Assembly: GCA_964291405.2 (NCBI GenBank)
Contig: OZ219926.1
Span: 3,360,001 to 3,424,000 of the forward strand
DNA length: 64,000 nt
Reading direction: 5' to 3'
Source: Thermodesulfobacteriota bacterium
GTDB lineage: Bacteria; Desulfobacterota; Binatia; Bin18
Below the pieces are notes generated by a model, which made no database searches, was not told the DNA's origin, and saw nothing but the letters and a program-made list of their open reading frames with translations. Positions 26,992 to 35,922 of the stretch are shown here, piece after piece (position 1 is the stretch's first letter; every line of letters begins with the position of its first letter). A program made the translations under genes and the position numbers.

Positions 26992-29900
26992 ATGCGCCCA
27001 CAAAAACTCAGCCTCAAGAATTTCATGCCCTTTCGGGCGACAGGTGATCAGGAGCACGAAGTCGACTTTTCGCAACTCGACCTGTTCTCCATTACCGGCC
27101 CGATGGCCAGCGGCAAGTCAGCGCTCATCGACGCTATGGTCTGGTGCCTGTATGGCCGCACCGCACGCTACGGTACGGATTCAAAAGGGGTGATCTCGAC
27201 CGGTGAGCAGACGTGTGAGGTCGCGCTCGACTTTACGCTTGGATCGCGCTGGTTTCGGGCCGTAAGACGAACGGGGAAAATCACAGACTCCGGTCTCAGC
27301 GAACGCGAAGGGGAAGAGTGGATACAGGATGCCTCCGGGTCTGCGCGGCTTACCAGACGGATTGAAGAGCTCCTGGGCCTCGATTTTGACAGCTTCACCA
27401 AAACCGTCATCCTTCCCCAAGGCCGGTATGCCGAATTTCTCACCAGCGAGCCAAAAAAACGGCGCGAGTTACTGGCAAAAATCCTGGAGCTTGGCGTGTA
27501 TTCTCGGGTGGCCGACCGGGCCAAACTTGTGGCTGACCGGGAAAAAACTCGGGCGGAAACGCTGCGTGAAACTCTGGCTCAATACGCCGGTTTGAGTCAG
27601 GAGCATATTGCGCTTCAGAAAGAAGAACTTTCCAAGCTCAGCCAGCGCATTGAACAGGTTTCTCAGCAGGAGCAACGCTTGCGCGATGTGGCCCAACACG
27701 CCGATCAAATAGCAGGCTTGCGAAGTCGCGTGACCGAGCTTCAGACCGAAGTGCAGACGCGTACTCGGGAGAAAGGGCTGGCGCAAAAAAAAGCCGATGA
27801 GGCGATCGCCCAGGTTGCCAGTCTGACCGGTGAATTGGCAAAGATTGGTCAGGAGCGAGAAGCGCTGGGATACGACGCGGCACGCCACGAAGTCGTCAAA
27901 CGTGCGGCTGTCCACCTCAAAGAATGGGCGAGCGTCCGCGAGGAAGCAGAACGGAAAAAGATAGAACGGACCGCTATCCAGGGAGAAGTTGATGCTCTTG
28001 TACAACAGATCGCAGACCACACACAGCAGGTCGAGCAGGCGCAGTCTCAATATCAGACCCACACCTCCACGTTTGAGCAGCTTATTGCCGAAGCAGGCGA
28101 CGTGGCTGCGCTGACGGAAAAGCTCAGTGCAGCAAGACGCTGGAAGGAGCTGCAACAGGAACAACAGCGACTAACCTTTCGGATAGAGACTCTGCGCCGG
28201 GACCACACCGCGACCCAACACCGTCTGGATGACCTGAAGCGACAAGACGCGAGTCATGAGCAGAACGTCCGAGAACTAAAAGACAAGCTCGAAGGAGCAA
28301 AAGAAGATGAGCGGCAGAAGCGCCAGTTGATGGCTGAAGCCGAACGCCTGGGCCGAGAATTGCAAGAGGCGGCTGAGGCGGAAGAACGAGTCAGAGCTGA
28401 ACTTGAGACTGCCCGTGCTGAGCTGACCAGGGCCGTTAACGCCGCCCAGCAGGCTCAGCAGGAGTTCGCTCAAGCCGAAGAGCAGGAGCACGCGGCCCGC
28501 ACCGCGCTTGAAGACAAGCAACGCCAGCACGAAGCCGCCCACCTGCGGGCTACGCTTCACGTTGGCGACCCCTGTCCCGTATGTCAGACTACCGTCAGCC
28601 AGATCCCCGTTGCTCAAGAAGCTGGGGACGACCTCAAGATGCTTCAGACTCAAATGGAACACGTCATACAGGCCGCTCAACAAAAACGCACAGAAGCGCA
28701 GGAAGCAAACACCACGGTGGCCACACGCCGGGCGAGACTTGATGCTGCGGAGCAGGGGTTGAAGGAACGCGAACGCCTCAGACAAGAAGTCCGGAACAGC
28801 TTTGTGTCACGGTTCCCCGGTTATGCGTCTCCTTCCGAAGCTCTTCAGGCTATACGGACCCAGCAAGAAGAGATGAGCGCAGCGCTCAGAGACATGGAAG
28901 CTCAGGTCGTATCCGCCGAGCAGGAAAAAGCGAGACTGTCAGGCCAACGTGAAGCCGCGCAACAAGGAGAGGCAACGCTGGGTGGAGAGTTGCGCGTGAC
29001 AACCGAAAGGCTGGAGGTCGATACACGCGAATTAGGAGTGCTCGGACGTGGGCTTGCTGCATTTTTCGCTACTAATGGCGACCCTGAGCAGAGTGTGGCA
29101 CAACGCCGGACTACGGTGATACAGGCTGAGCAACGGATGAAAGAGGCGGAGAAAGCCTTGCGTCAACTCGAATCGGTGCTCAACTCGTTGAAAACAACCC
29201 AGGTCCAAAAGGATGGCGACCTCAAATTGTTCGCCTCCGAGTACAAAGGCGCATTGCTTCGAGCCGAGCGCGAAGCACAGGCCGTGCGTACCTGCCTTGG
29301 TCTGGCGGAAGACGCGGTGCTGCCACAGACTGAAGACGTAGAAAATGAACTCAACGCGCTGTCGGACAAGCAAACCCGGTACGCCGACTTGTTGCAGCGT
29401 GAAGAAAACGCACGAGCGAGGCGAGAACAGGCTGAACGCCAAGCCACCGAGTCACAGGCCGACCTTCAAGCCCGAACGCATATGCTGGAGGAGTCACACA
29501 AGAAGCGGCAACAGGCATCCAACACGATTGCAGAGGAGCGGGAAAAGCTTCGTGGGCTGATCGAGCAACACAACCTCACCGACGCAGGCGAAGACGGAGA
29601 GCAGATCAAACCCCAACTTGAAACGGTTCGGGGACAGATGATGTCTCTCCAAGAACAACGCGGGCGTTTAGAGGCCGAACATGCCGAAGCCAAACGTCGT
29701 TGGCAGGAGAAAGAGCAAGAAGAAGAAAAGCTGCACGCCGCACAGAGTGAAGAACGTCTGGCCTCGGACCTGCGTAAGCTCCTGGGTTCGGAATTTACCG
29801 ATTTCTTGTCGCGGGGAGCCATAGAGGCTCTGATGCGCGATGCGTCCGCTCACCTGCAACGCCTCACCCACGGGCGGTATGCGTTTGATATTGCGTATCG

Positions 29901-30273
29901 GGGGCGGGCGATCACACTCCAAATTGTCGACCACGAAGATCAGCGCCGTGCCCGGCCTACCCATTCGCTGTCGGGCGGAGAAACGTTTTTAGCCTCGCTC
30001 GCTATTGCGCTCGCGCTCTCACAAGGATTTCGGACCGTGGCGACCGGTCGGGCGGCACAGACCTCAACCGAATGCCTGATTCTGGATGAGGGGTTCGGGA
30101 CGCTGGACCGGGAAGGGGTACAGATGGTCACGGAAACCCTGCAAGAGTTGCGGGGCGAAGAAGGTCGGATGGTAGGCATTATTACCCATGTCGAAGAAGT
30201 CGCTGCGGCCATGCCCATGCGCATAGAAGTACGCAAAGGTGGCAGGACGAGCGAGATTACGGTATCAGGCTAA
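26992..30273 (+). CDS. sbcC: SbcC/Rad50 SMC-family ATPase
   Basis: Walker A GPMASGKS, Q-loop LPQG, long coiled coil with central CPVC zinc hook (residue 528 of 1093), LSGGE, LDEGFGTLD, IITH. Confidence 0.95.
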   Translation: MRPQKLSLKNFMPFRATGDQEHEVDFSQLDLFSITGPMASGKSALIDAMVWCLYGRTARYGTDSKGVISTGEQTCEVALDFTLGSRWFRAVRRTGKITDSGLSEREGEEWIQDASGSARLTRRIEELLGLDFDSFTKTVILPQGRYAEFLTSEPKKRRELLAKILELGVYSRVADRAKLVADREKTRAETLRETLAQYAGLSQEHIALQKEELSKLSQRIEQVSQQEQRLRDVAQHADQIAGLRSRVTELQTEVQTRTREKGLAQKKADEAIAQVASLTGELAKIGQEREALGYDAARHEVVKRAAVHLKEWASVREEAERKKIERTAIQGEVDALVQQIADHTQQVEQAQSQYQTHTSTFEQLIAEAGDVAALTEKLSAARRWKELQQEQQRLTFRIETLRRDHTATQHRLDDLKRQDASHEQNVRELKDKLEGAKEDERQKRQLMAEAERLGRELQEAAEAEERVRAELETARAELTRAVNAAQQAQQEFAQAEEQEHAARTALEDKQRQHEAAHLRATLHVGDPCPVCQTTVSQIPVAQEAGDDLKMLQTQMEHVIQAAQQKRTEAQEANTTVATRRARLDAAEQGLKERERLRQEVRNSFVSRFPGYASPSEALQAIRTQQEEMSAALRDMEAQVVSAEQEKARLSGQREAAQQGEATLGGELRVTTERLEVDTRELGVLGRGLAAFFATNGDPEQSVAQRRTTVIQAEQRMKEAEKALRQLESVLNSLKTTQVQKDGDLKLFASEYKGALLRAEREAQAVRTCLGLAEDAVLPQTEDVENELNALSDKQTRYADLLQREENARARREQAERQATESQADLQARTHMLEESHKKRQQASNTIAEEREKLRGLIEQHNLTDAGEDGEQIKPQLETVRGQMMSLQEQRGRLEAEHAEAKRRWQEKEQEEEKLHAAQSEERLASDLRKLLGSEFTDFLSRGAIEALMRDASAHLQRLTHGRYAFDIAYRGRAITLQIVDHEDQRRARPTHSLSGGETFLASLAIALALSQGFRTVATGRAAQTSTECLILDEGFGTLDREGVQMVTETLQELRGEEGRMVGIITHVEEVAAAMPMRIEVRKGGRTSEITVSG

Positions 30274-30313
30274 GGCATTCACTCTCTGGAAGAGACCGTT
30301 AAGGAGGAGGGTC

Positions 30314-31183
30314 ATGGCACTGCATTCAGCAACAGTCGGCTCTGTTGGACAACCGTTTGTCAGCGAAATCGATGCGCGTTGGGTCATGTCGTACGCGGCC
30401 GGACTCGACGATTATTTACCCTGTTATATGGACACCTGCCGACCGGACGGGATCGTTGCTCACCCGCTCTTTCCGGTCTGTATTGAGTGGCCGGTCATGC
30501 TCGCCATGCGAGACAGTGCCCTGAAACGGAAAGAGGCTCTGCGGGGCGTTCATGCCACACACGATCTGGTGATTCACCGTCTTATCCGGGCGGGCGAAAA
30601 GCTGACAACGCAGGCCACGGTGGCCGGTGTTGAACAGCGCAAGCCGGGGGCCTATCAGACCGTCCGTTTTGATACTCGGGACGCCAATGGCCAGCCGGTC
30701 TGTTCGACCTGGTACGGAACGCTCTTTCGTGGGGTTGACGTCGAGGGGGAGAACATCCCGGTCTCCGACCTGCCGACCCCATTGGAACCGCTCGATGCAG
30801 CAACAGGAGCGGAAGCGGAAATCCCGGTGACGATTTCGGCCGGCGCGGCCCATGTCTACACCGAGTGCGCGCGTATCTGGAACCCAATTCATACCGATCC
30901 GGCGGTGGCCGAGCAGTATGGATTACCGGGGCTGATCCTGCACGGTACCGCAACGCTGGCGCAGGGTATCTCCTGTGTCGTTGCCCAGGAAACCAGCGGC
31001 CATCCGGAACGGGTCAAACGGATCACCGGTCGTTTTGGCGCCATGGTGTTCATGCCTTCGCGCCTGACCGTACGGATCGTGTCGCGGGAGGCGAGCGCGG
31101 AGGGCGACGTGGTGCGGTTTGAGATACGGACTGAGGAGGGCAAGCCCGCGGTGCGGGATGGGGCCATTATTTTGGGAGAATAG
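30314..31183 (+). CDS. MaoC-family double-hotdog (R)-enoyl-CoA hydratase-like protein
   Basis: WNPIHTD...A...GLPGLILHG hydratase-2 motif; GGAGG RBS before ATG 30314. Confidence 0.85.
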   Translation: MALHSATVGSVGQPFVSEIDARWVMSYAAGLDDYLPCYMDTCRPDGIVAHPLFPVCIEWPVMLAMRDSALKRKEALRGVHATHDLVIHRLIRAGEKLTTQATVAGVEQRKPGAYQTVRFDTRDANGQPVCSTWYGTLFRGVDVEGENIPVSDLPTPLEPLDAATGAEAEIPVTISAGAAHVYTECARIWNPIHTDPAVAEQYGLPGLILHGTATLAQGISCVVAQETSGHPERVKRITGRFGAMVFMPSRLTVRIVSREASAEGDVVRFEIRTEEGKPAVRDGAIILGE

Positions 31184-31240
31184 AGTTGTGGGTAAATAAG
31201 AGTTTAGCCAATAAGGGCACGGAGAAGGAGAGATAGGTGT

Positions 31241-32248
31241 ATGCAACGTGGACTGATTTTTCCCGGAGGTGGCATGTCGCAGCGCGACATGATGGTTGTG
31301 GCCAAAGAAGCCGAAGCGGCCGGTTTTGATTCTCTGTATGTCACCGAAGCCTGGCGTAGCGCCTTCGTGCCGTTGACCGCGCTTGCCCTGGCAACCGAAC
31401 GGATCCGGATTGGTTCCTACGTGCTGAACGCCTACGGCCGCAGCCCTTTTATTGCGGGTATGAGTGCGGTCGATGTGGATGAGCTTTCCGGTGGACGGCT
31501 GCTGCTCGGGGTTGGCAGCGGCAACCGGCATATTAACGCCGAGTGGCAGGGTGTTCCGCATGAGAAACCCTACCAGAAAATGACCGAGTATATTGAAAAC
31601 CTCAAACAAATCGTCCAGACTCCAGCCGGCTCGCGCGTCTCATACCAGGGCGAAATTCATACCATGGACTGGGTGCCGGCGGTGACGCCTGTTCGCGAGA
31701 GCATTCCCATATACATCTCTGCCATTTTCCCCCGTATGGTCCGCGTCGCCGGCCGGGTCGCGGACGGTATAGCCATGGGCGCGATATTATCCGCACCGTA
31801 CGCGCGCGAGGTGATTCAACCTGCGGCCCGAAAATCTGCGGAAGAGGCTGATCGCGACCCGCGCGCCCTCGGTTTTCTGATGGGCTCGTTTGTCTCGGTG
31901 CATGAGGAGCGTGAAGTTGCCCGCCAGGCCGCGCGTGAAGCGATCTGTCGTCTCTTCTCTCCGCTGCCGCATCCGTACTACGAGTATATGCTGCGGGAGC
32001 AGGGTTTCTCGCCTGCCGCGGACGCAGCGTTGAAGCACGTACCTGAGGGAAATATTCAAAAAGCAGCAGAGGCTATGACCGACGAAGTGGTCGATACCGT
32101 TACCATCGCCGGGACCCCCGAAGAATGCCGCCGCCGTCTGGCCGAGTATGAAGGCGTGGTGGACGAGGTGATTTTCGTCAACGTGTCCTACGCGTCGGGA
32201 GCGGGCGCGGGCATGATGGAGGGGTATCGGAAACTCATTCAGCTGTAG
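31241..32248 (+). CDS. LLM-class flavin/F420-dependent oxidoreductase
   Basis: AEAAGFDSLYVTE, ATERIRIGS, ELSGGRLLLGVG, AGRVADG, IAGTPEEC. Confidence 0.9.
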   Translation: MQRGLIFPGGGMSQRDMMVVAKEAEAAGFDSLYVTEAWRSAFVPLTALALATERIRIGSYVLNAYGRSPFIAGMSAVDVDELSGGRLLLGVGSGNRHINAEWQGVPHEKPYQKMTEYIENLKQIVQTPAGSRVSYQGEIHTMDWVPAVTPVRESIPIYISAIFPRMVRVAGRVADGIAMGAILSAPYAREVIQPAARKSAEEADRDPRALGFLMGSFVSVHEEREVARQAAREAICRLFSPLPHPYYEYMLREQGFSPAADAALKHVPEGNIQKAAEAMTDEVVDTVTIAGTPEECRRRLAEYEGVVDEVIFVNVSYASGAGAGMMEGYRKLIQL

Positions 32249-32319
32249 TATCTCTTCTGCCGACTCAAGGCTTTTACAGCTACAGCCTCTGCGACGTCCC
32301 AGCCTGGAGGCGCGTGGAT

Positions 32320-33057
32320 TTACATATCCGTGGCCAGGCTGGCCAAAGAGCCGGAGCGGGGGAGGGCGATCCAACCTTCCCGTTTGGCGGCCGCCATATG
32401 TTTCCGCGGAATGGGTTCGATCTGATCTGTGGCCGCAGCCCGAGCGACAAGAGCGGCCACGACCGCATCAAAAGTGTCGTCGCTTTTCTCGCACGCCCGT
32501 TGCGCGTCAACCGGCCAGTCCAGCCAGGTTTTTGTGGCGGTAATCAAACGGCGCGTCACCACGTGTCGTTTTTCCTCGCCCGGTTTCTTCTTGTAGCCGG
32601 TGGAAGGGAAACCCCAGATATGCAGAGCGGCGGCGGGATACACCTCAACAAAGCGACCACGGCCACTGCGATCGATCCGTCCGTTCTCAGAGAGTAAGCG
32701 GGCGGCGCGCATAGCCGTGACGCCGATCAGGTCCGATGACACGCTCAACGGCCAGCGCTTGATGCGCTCACGCACAATGTGATCCGTCGTCCGGTATCTG
32801 AGCGAAGCGGTAGAGACGGCGGGCCACACGTTCCGACGCTGGTGCGCATAAACGGCATCCGCGAATGCGGTCGGCCAGCCGAACGGGGCGTCAATGCCGA
32901 TCTTGTCCGAGCGGCCAAACATCTCCAGCAGGACCGCGTCGTCCGCTCCACAATGAAGCTCAATGATCCGAGCTTTCGGCTTGACCCATTTGATGAGGCA
33001 ATACGCCGTGTTCTCCGGCTGCGCCGCCAAATCGACGCCGAGCGTCGTGTGTGGCAT
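32320..33057 (-). CDS. DUF429-family protein (predicted RNase H-fold nuclease)
   Basis: LGVDLAA, IGIDAPFGWP, VEVYPAAAL, D..DA.VAALVA, EGWIALP. Confidence 0.8.
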   Translation of the reverse strand: MPHTTLGVDLAAQPENTAYCLIKWVKPKARIIELHCGADDAVLLEMFGRSDKIGIDAPFGWPTAFADAVYAHQRRNVWPAVSTASLRYRTTDHIVRERIKRWPLSVSSDLIGVTAMRAARLLSENGRIDRSGRGRFVEVYPAAALHIWGFPSTGYKKKPGEEKRHVVTRRLITATKTWLDWPVDAQRACEKSDDTFDAVVAALVARAAATDQIEPIPRKHMAAAKREGWIALPRSGSLASLATDM

Positions 33058-33096
33058 TCGGACACCTCTCGAAAACGTACTTCAGCGACGCGGCGA

Positions 33097-33384
33097 CTAC
33101 TCTTTCGTTCGTATGGCGCGAAGATACGTTTGCCTGGAGCAACGCCTGATATACGCGACCTCTACCGTGTCGTCCGAAACGATCCGATAGATAACCCGGT
33201 ATCTGTTCTTTGCTACCAAGAGTGCTCGGTACCCTTCAAAGGCATCGAACATAGCCGGGCCCATGAAGGGGAATTCTCCGAGGAGTTCCAGCTTATTGAT
33301 GATCTGGTTCTGGATCGGAGAAGGCAGGGCTTCGAGTTCTTTGACGGCGCGGGGAAGAAGTTTAACCTTTCTGTCCACTCCCAC
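33097..33384 (-). CDS. RelE/ParE family toxin
   Basis: 95 aa KVKLLPRAVKELEALP...LGEFPFMG...YRVIYRI; overlaps the antitoxin 3' end. Confidence 0.85.
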   Translation of the reverse strand: MGVDRKVKLLPRAVKELEALPSPIQNQIINKLELLGEFPFMGPAMFDAFEGYRALLVAKNRYRVIYRIVSDDTVEVAYIRRCSRQTYLRAIRTKE

Positions 33385-33658
33385 GCTCTTTTCTGGTCCG
33401 TCGTGTTTTGAATTCAGCGAGGTCTATACTCTTACCGGCCTGAGAGTCGCGTTCGGCTTCCGCCAGCCGTTCCCGCCAGTCAGGTTGGCTCATCTCCTCT
33501 AACGTTGCAACCATCCCGGCGTAGTCTTCGTAGTTGACGAGCAAGGCCGCAGGCCGGCCTCTTTGCGTAATCACGACCGGATCCCGTGTATTCTTCACGC
33601 GCTCAACAATTTTCTTGGCCTGACTCTGGAGGTCCGAGATCGGAACGATTGTTTCCAT
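33362..33658 (-). CDS. Phd/YefM family antitoxin
   Basis: METIVPISDLQSQAKKIVERV...PVVITQRGRPAALLV. Confidence 0.9.
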   Translation of the reverse strand: METIVPISDLQSQAKKIVERVKNTRDPVVITQRGRPAALLVNYEDYAGMVATLEEMSQPDWRERLAEAERDSQAGKSIDLAEFKTRRTRKERGSGQKG

Positions 33659-33667
33659 GAGGATATT

Positions 33668-33697
33668 TATAGGCTTATATATATGGATAAGTCTATA
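33668..33697. promoter_or_regulatory. Inverted-repeat operator upstream of phd/relE
   Basis: TATAGGCTTAT...ATAAGTCTATA (10/11 inverted match) in an AT-rich patch just upstream of the antitoxin start. Confidence 0.6.
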
Positions 33698-33726
33698 GCC
33701 AAGTAAATGGATATTCTGGAGAAAAG

Positions 33727-33755
33727 TCGGCAAGGGGCTCCGAGCCCCTTGCCGA
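33727..33755 (-). terminator. Strong hairpin downstream of the CMD gene
   Basis: tcggcaaggggct-ccg-agccccttgccga, with a T run on the minus strand. Confidence 0.7.
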
Positions 33756-33761
33756 TGCCCG

Positions 33762-34142
33762 CTACTCGCTCTTGGCTTTCTTCTCGTCGATGCTGTCGAA
33801 CACCTGTTTGGCGATGCGCAGGCCGTTAACGCCGACCGGCCAGCCGCCGTAGTGGGCCAGATGGATCATGATCTCGTTGATCTTGTCCCGGCTGATGCCG
33901 ATGTTGAGCGCGCCGCGGATGTGAACCTTGAGTTCCGGGTCACGGCCCAGCACGGTCAGGGCGGCCATGGTAATCATTGAGCGCTCTTGAATGGCCAAGC
34001 CGTCCCGACCCCAAATATCGCCGAACAGATTCTTTACTGTGATATCCAAAAAATCTTCGTGCATGCTGCCCGGTCGGGGTTCCACACCGAAGAGTTCCTT
34101 CATCTTTGCCGCACCTTTTTGATAGCGTTCGGAATCTGCCAT
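33762..34142 (-). CDS. Carboxymuconolactone decarboxylase (PcaC/AhpD-like) family protein
   Basis: FGDIWGRDGL...ERSMIT, ELKVHIRGALNIG, HLAHYGGWP. Confidence 0.88.
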   Translation of the reverse strand: MADSERYQKGAAKMKELFGVEPRPGSMHEDFLDITVKNLFGDIWGRDGLAIQERSMITMAALTVLGRDPELKVHIRGALNIGISRDKINEIMIHLAHYGGWPVGVNGLRIAKQVFDSIDEKKAKSE

Positions 34143-34260
34143 ATTCGCCTCCTTCTCCTGTAAGATGTACCTGCTGGACCCTTGCCCGGCAGGGGTCCGT
34201 TGTCTAGTATCAGACCGGCTGTTCTGTCGTCAAAACAGCACGACTGAAAGATAGTGTCTG

Positions 34261-34581
34261 ATGTCTCTCGAAATCACCGTTTACGAACTCCAGGCGAAGC
34301 GAAACGCAGGTGAAGACTTTGTGCTGCTCGATGTCCGCGAAGCCGAAGAAGTGGCGCTGGTGCAGCTCCCGCACTCGGTCCATATCCCAATGGGCGATAT
34401 CCCCAGCCGTTTGCCCGAACTCGACCCTGAGGCCGAGATTGTGGTCTACTGCCACCACGGGGTGCGGAGTCTGCGCGTAGTCCACTTCCTGCGCCAACAC
34501 GACTTCGCGCGGGCCGTCAATCTGGCGGGCGGGATAGACGCCTGGGCCAACGAGATCGACCCCCGTATGGCCCGATACTAA
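34261..34581 (+). CDS. Rhodanese-like sulfurtransferase
   Basis: LLDVRE..E, VVYCHHGVRS, NLAGGIDAW. Confidence 0.92.
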   Translation: MSLEITVYELQAKRNAGEDFVLLDVREAEEVALVQLPHSVHIPMGDIPSRLPELDPEAEIVVYCHHGVRSLRVVHFLRQHDFARAVNLAGGIDAWANEIDPRMARY

Positions 34582-34604
34582 ATCTGTAGTGAGATAGGAA
34601 CACT

Positions 34605-35840
34605 ATGAGCGAACATCCTTCCTCCATGCCTGATCCCCAGGCCCCAGGCCCCCTGCATGGTATCCGCGTGGTTGAATGTGGTCATATGGTCGCGGCTGCG
34701 TATGCGGGCAAGCTGATGGCTGACCTTGGCGCGGAGGTAATCAAAGTCGAAGAACCGGGCGGCGACCTCGCCCGGCAGCGCGGACCCTATCCAGGGAATA
34801 CCCCCCATCCCGAAAAGAGCGGGCTGTTTCTGTATCTGAATACGAATAAGCGCGGGGTGACGCTGGACCTGGAGACGGCAAAAGGCCGAGAGTTGTTCCA
34901 GCGACTGATCAAGGACGCGGATGTCGTGGTCCATAATTATCATCCCACCCAGATCGCCTCCCTTGGTTTGGAGTATGAGGCCCTGGCCCAGCACAATCCC
35001 GAGTTAGTGGTGACCTCGATTTCACCCTTTGGGCAAACCGGCCCGCACCGGGAGTACACCGCGCACGACTTAACCATGTGGACTGCGGGTGGCATTGCCT
35101 TTCTGGGTGGAGCGGGCGGACGACCGGACCTGCCGCCCCTCAAGGCCGCCGGTCAACAGGCGGGATTCCAGGCCGGGGTCAACGCCGGTATCGCCTCGCT
35201 GGGGGCCCTGTACGCCCGACTCGGGACGGGCAGGGGCCAGCACATCGACATCTCGGTCCAAGAGTGTCTGGTCGCCATTATGGAGAATAACTATATTGCC
35301 TGGCCGTACGATCAGACGACGCCGTCGCGGCTGGGCTTTCGGTTGATTCCCCAGGACGTCCTGCCCTGCCGCGACGGCTATATTTATGTGCTCGCGGTCG
35401 AAGAGCATCAGTGGCAGAACGCGGTTGAGTTGATGGGCAATCCAGAATGGGCGGACACCGAGCTCTTCCAGGATTTTTTGGCTCGCTCGGTCAACTGGGA
35501 CGCCCTGAAAGCGTTGCTGGAAGACTGGTTGCAGGACAAGTCGGTCCAAGAGGTCTACCACGGAGCGCAGAAACGGCGCGTGCCTTTTGCGCCGGTTTCG
35601 ACCATGGGCGACCTGCTCAAATCCGACCATCTCAACGCGCGGGGCTTTTTTGTCGAGATCGGGCATCCAGAAGCCGGCTCTCTTCGCTATCCGGGGTCGC
35701 CGTTCAAATTTGCCGCCTCGCCGTGGACCCTGCGCAGTCCGGCCCCGTGCCTGGGCCAGCACAATGAGGAGGTCTACGGCGGGCAACTCGGGATTGCGCC
35801 GGAAGAATTGCAGTCGTTGCAAGAAACGCAGGTGATTTGA
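34605..35840 (+). CDS. Class III CoA-transferase (CaiB/BaiF), first of a tandem pair
   Basis: GAEVIKVEEPGGD, LNTNKRGVTLDL, APCLGQHNEEV. Confidence 0.9.
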   Translation: MSEHPSSMPDPQAPGPLHGIRVVECGHMVAAAYAGKLMADLGAEVIKVEEPGGDLARQRGPYPGNTPHPEKSGLFLYLNTNKRGVTLDLETAKGRELFQRLIKDADVVVHNYHPTQIASLGLEYEALAQHNPELVVTSISPFGQTGPHREYTAHDLTMWTAGGIAFLGGAGGRPDLPPLKAAGQQAGFQAGVNAGIASLGALYARLGTGRGQHIDISVQECLVAIMENNYIAWPYDQTTPSRLGFRLIPQDVLPCRDGYIYVLAVEEHQWQNAVELMGNPEWADTELFQDFLARSVNWDALKALLEDWLQDKSVQEVYHGAQKRRVPFAPVSTMGDLLKSDHLNARGFFVEIGHPEAGSLRYPGSPFKFAASPWTLRSPAPCLGQHNEEVYGGQLGIAPEELQSLQETQVI

Positions 35841-35922
35841 TTTGGGGATTGGGAACTGGGGATTGGCAAGGAGACGTTCCCCGGATCTCTCACTAAGAAG
35901 CGTATGTACGAAGGTATGAAGA

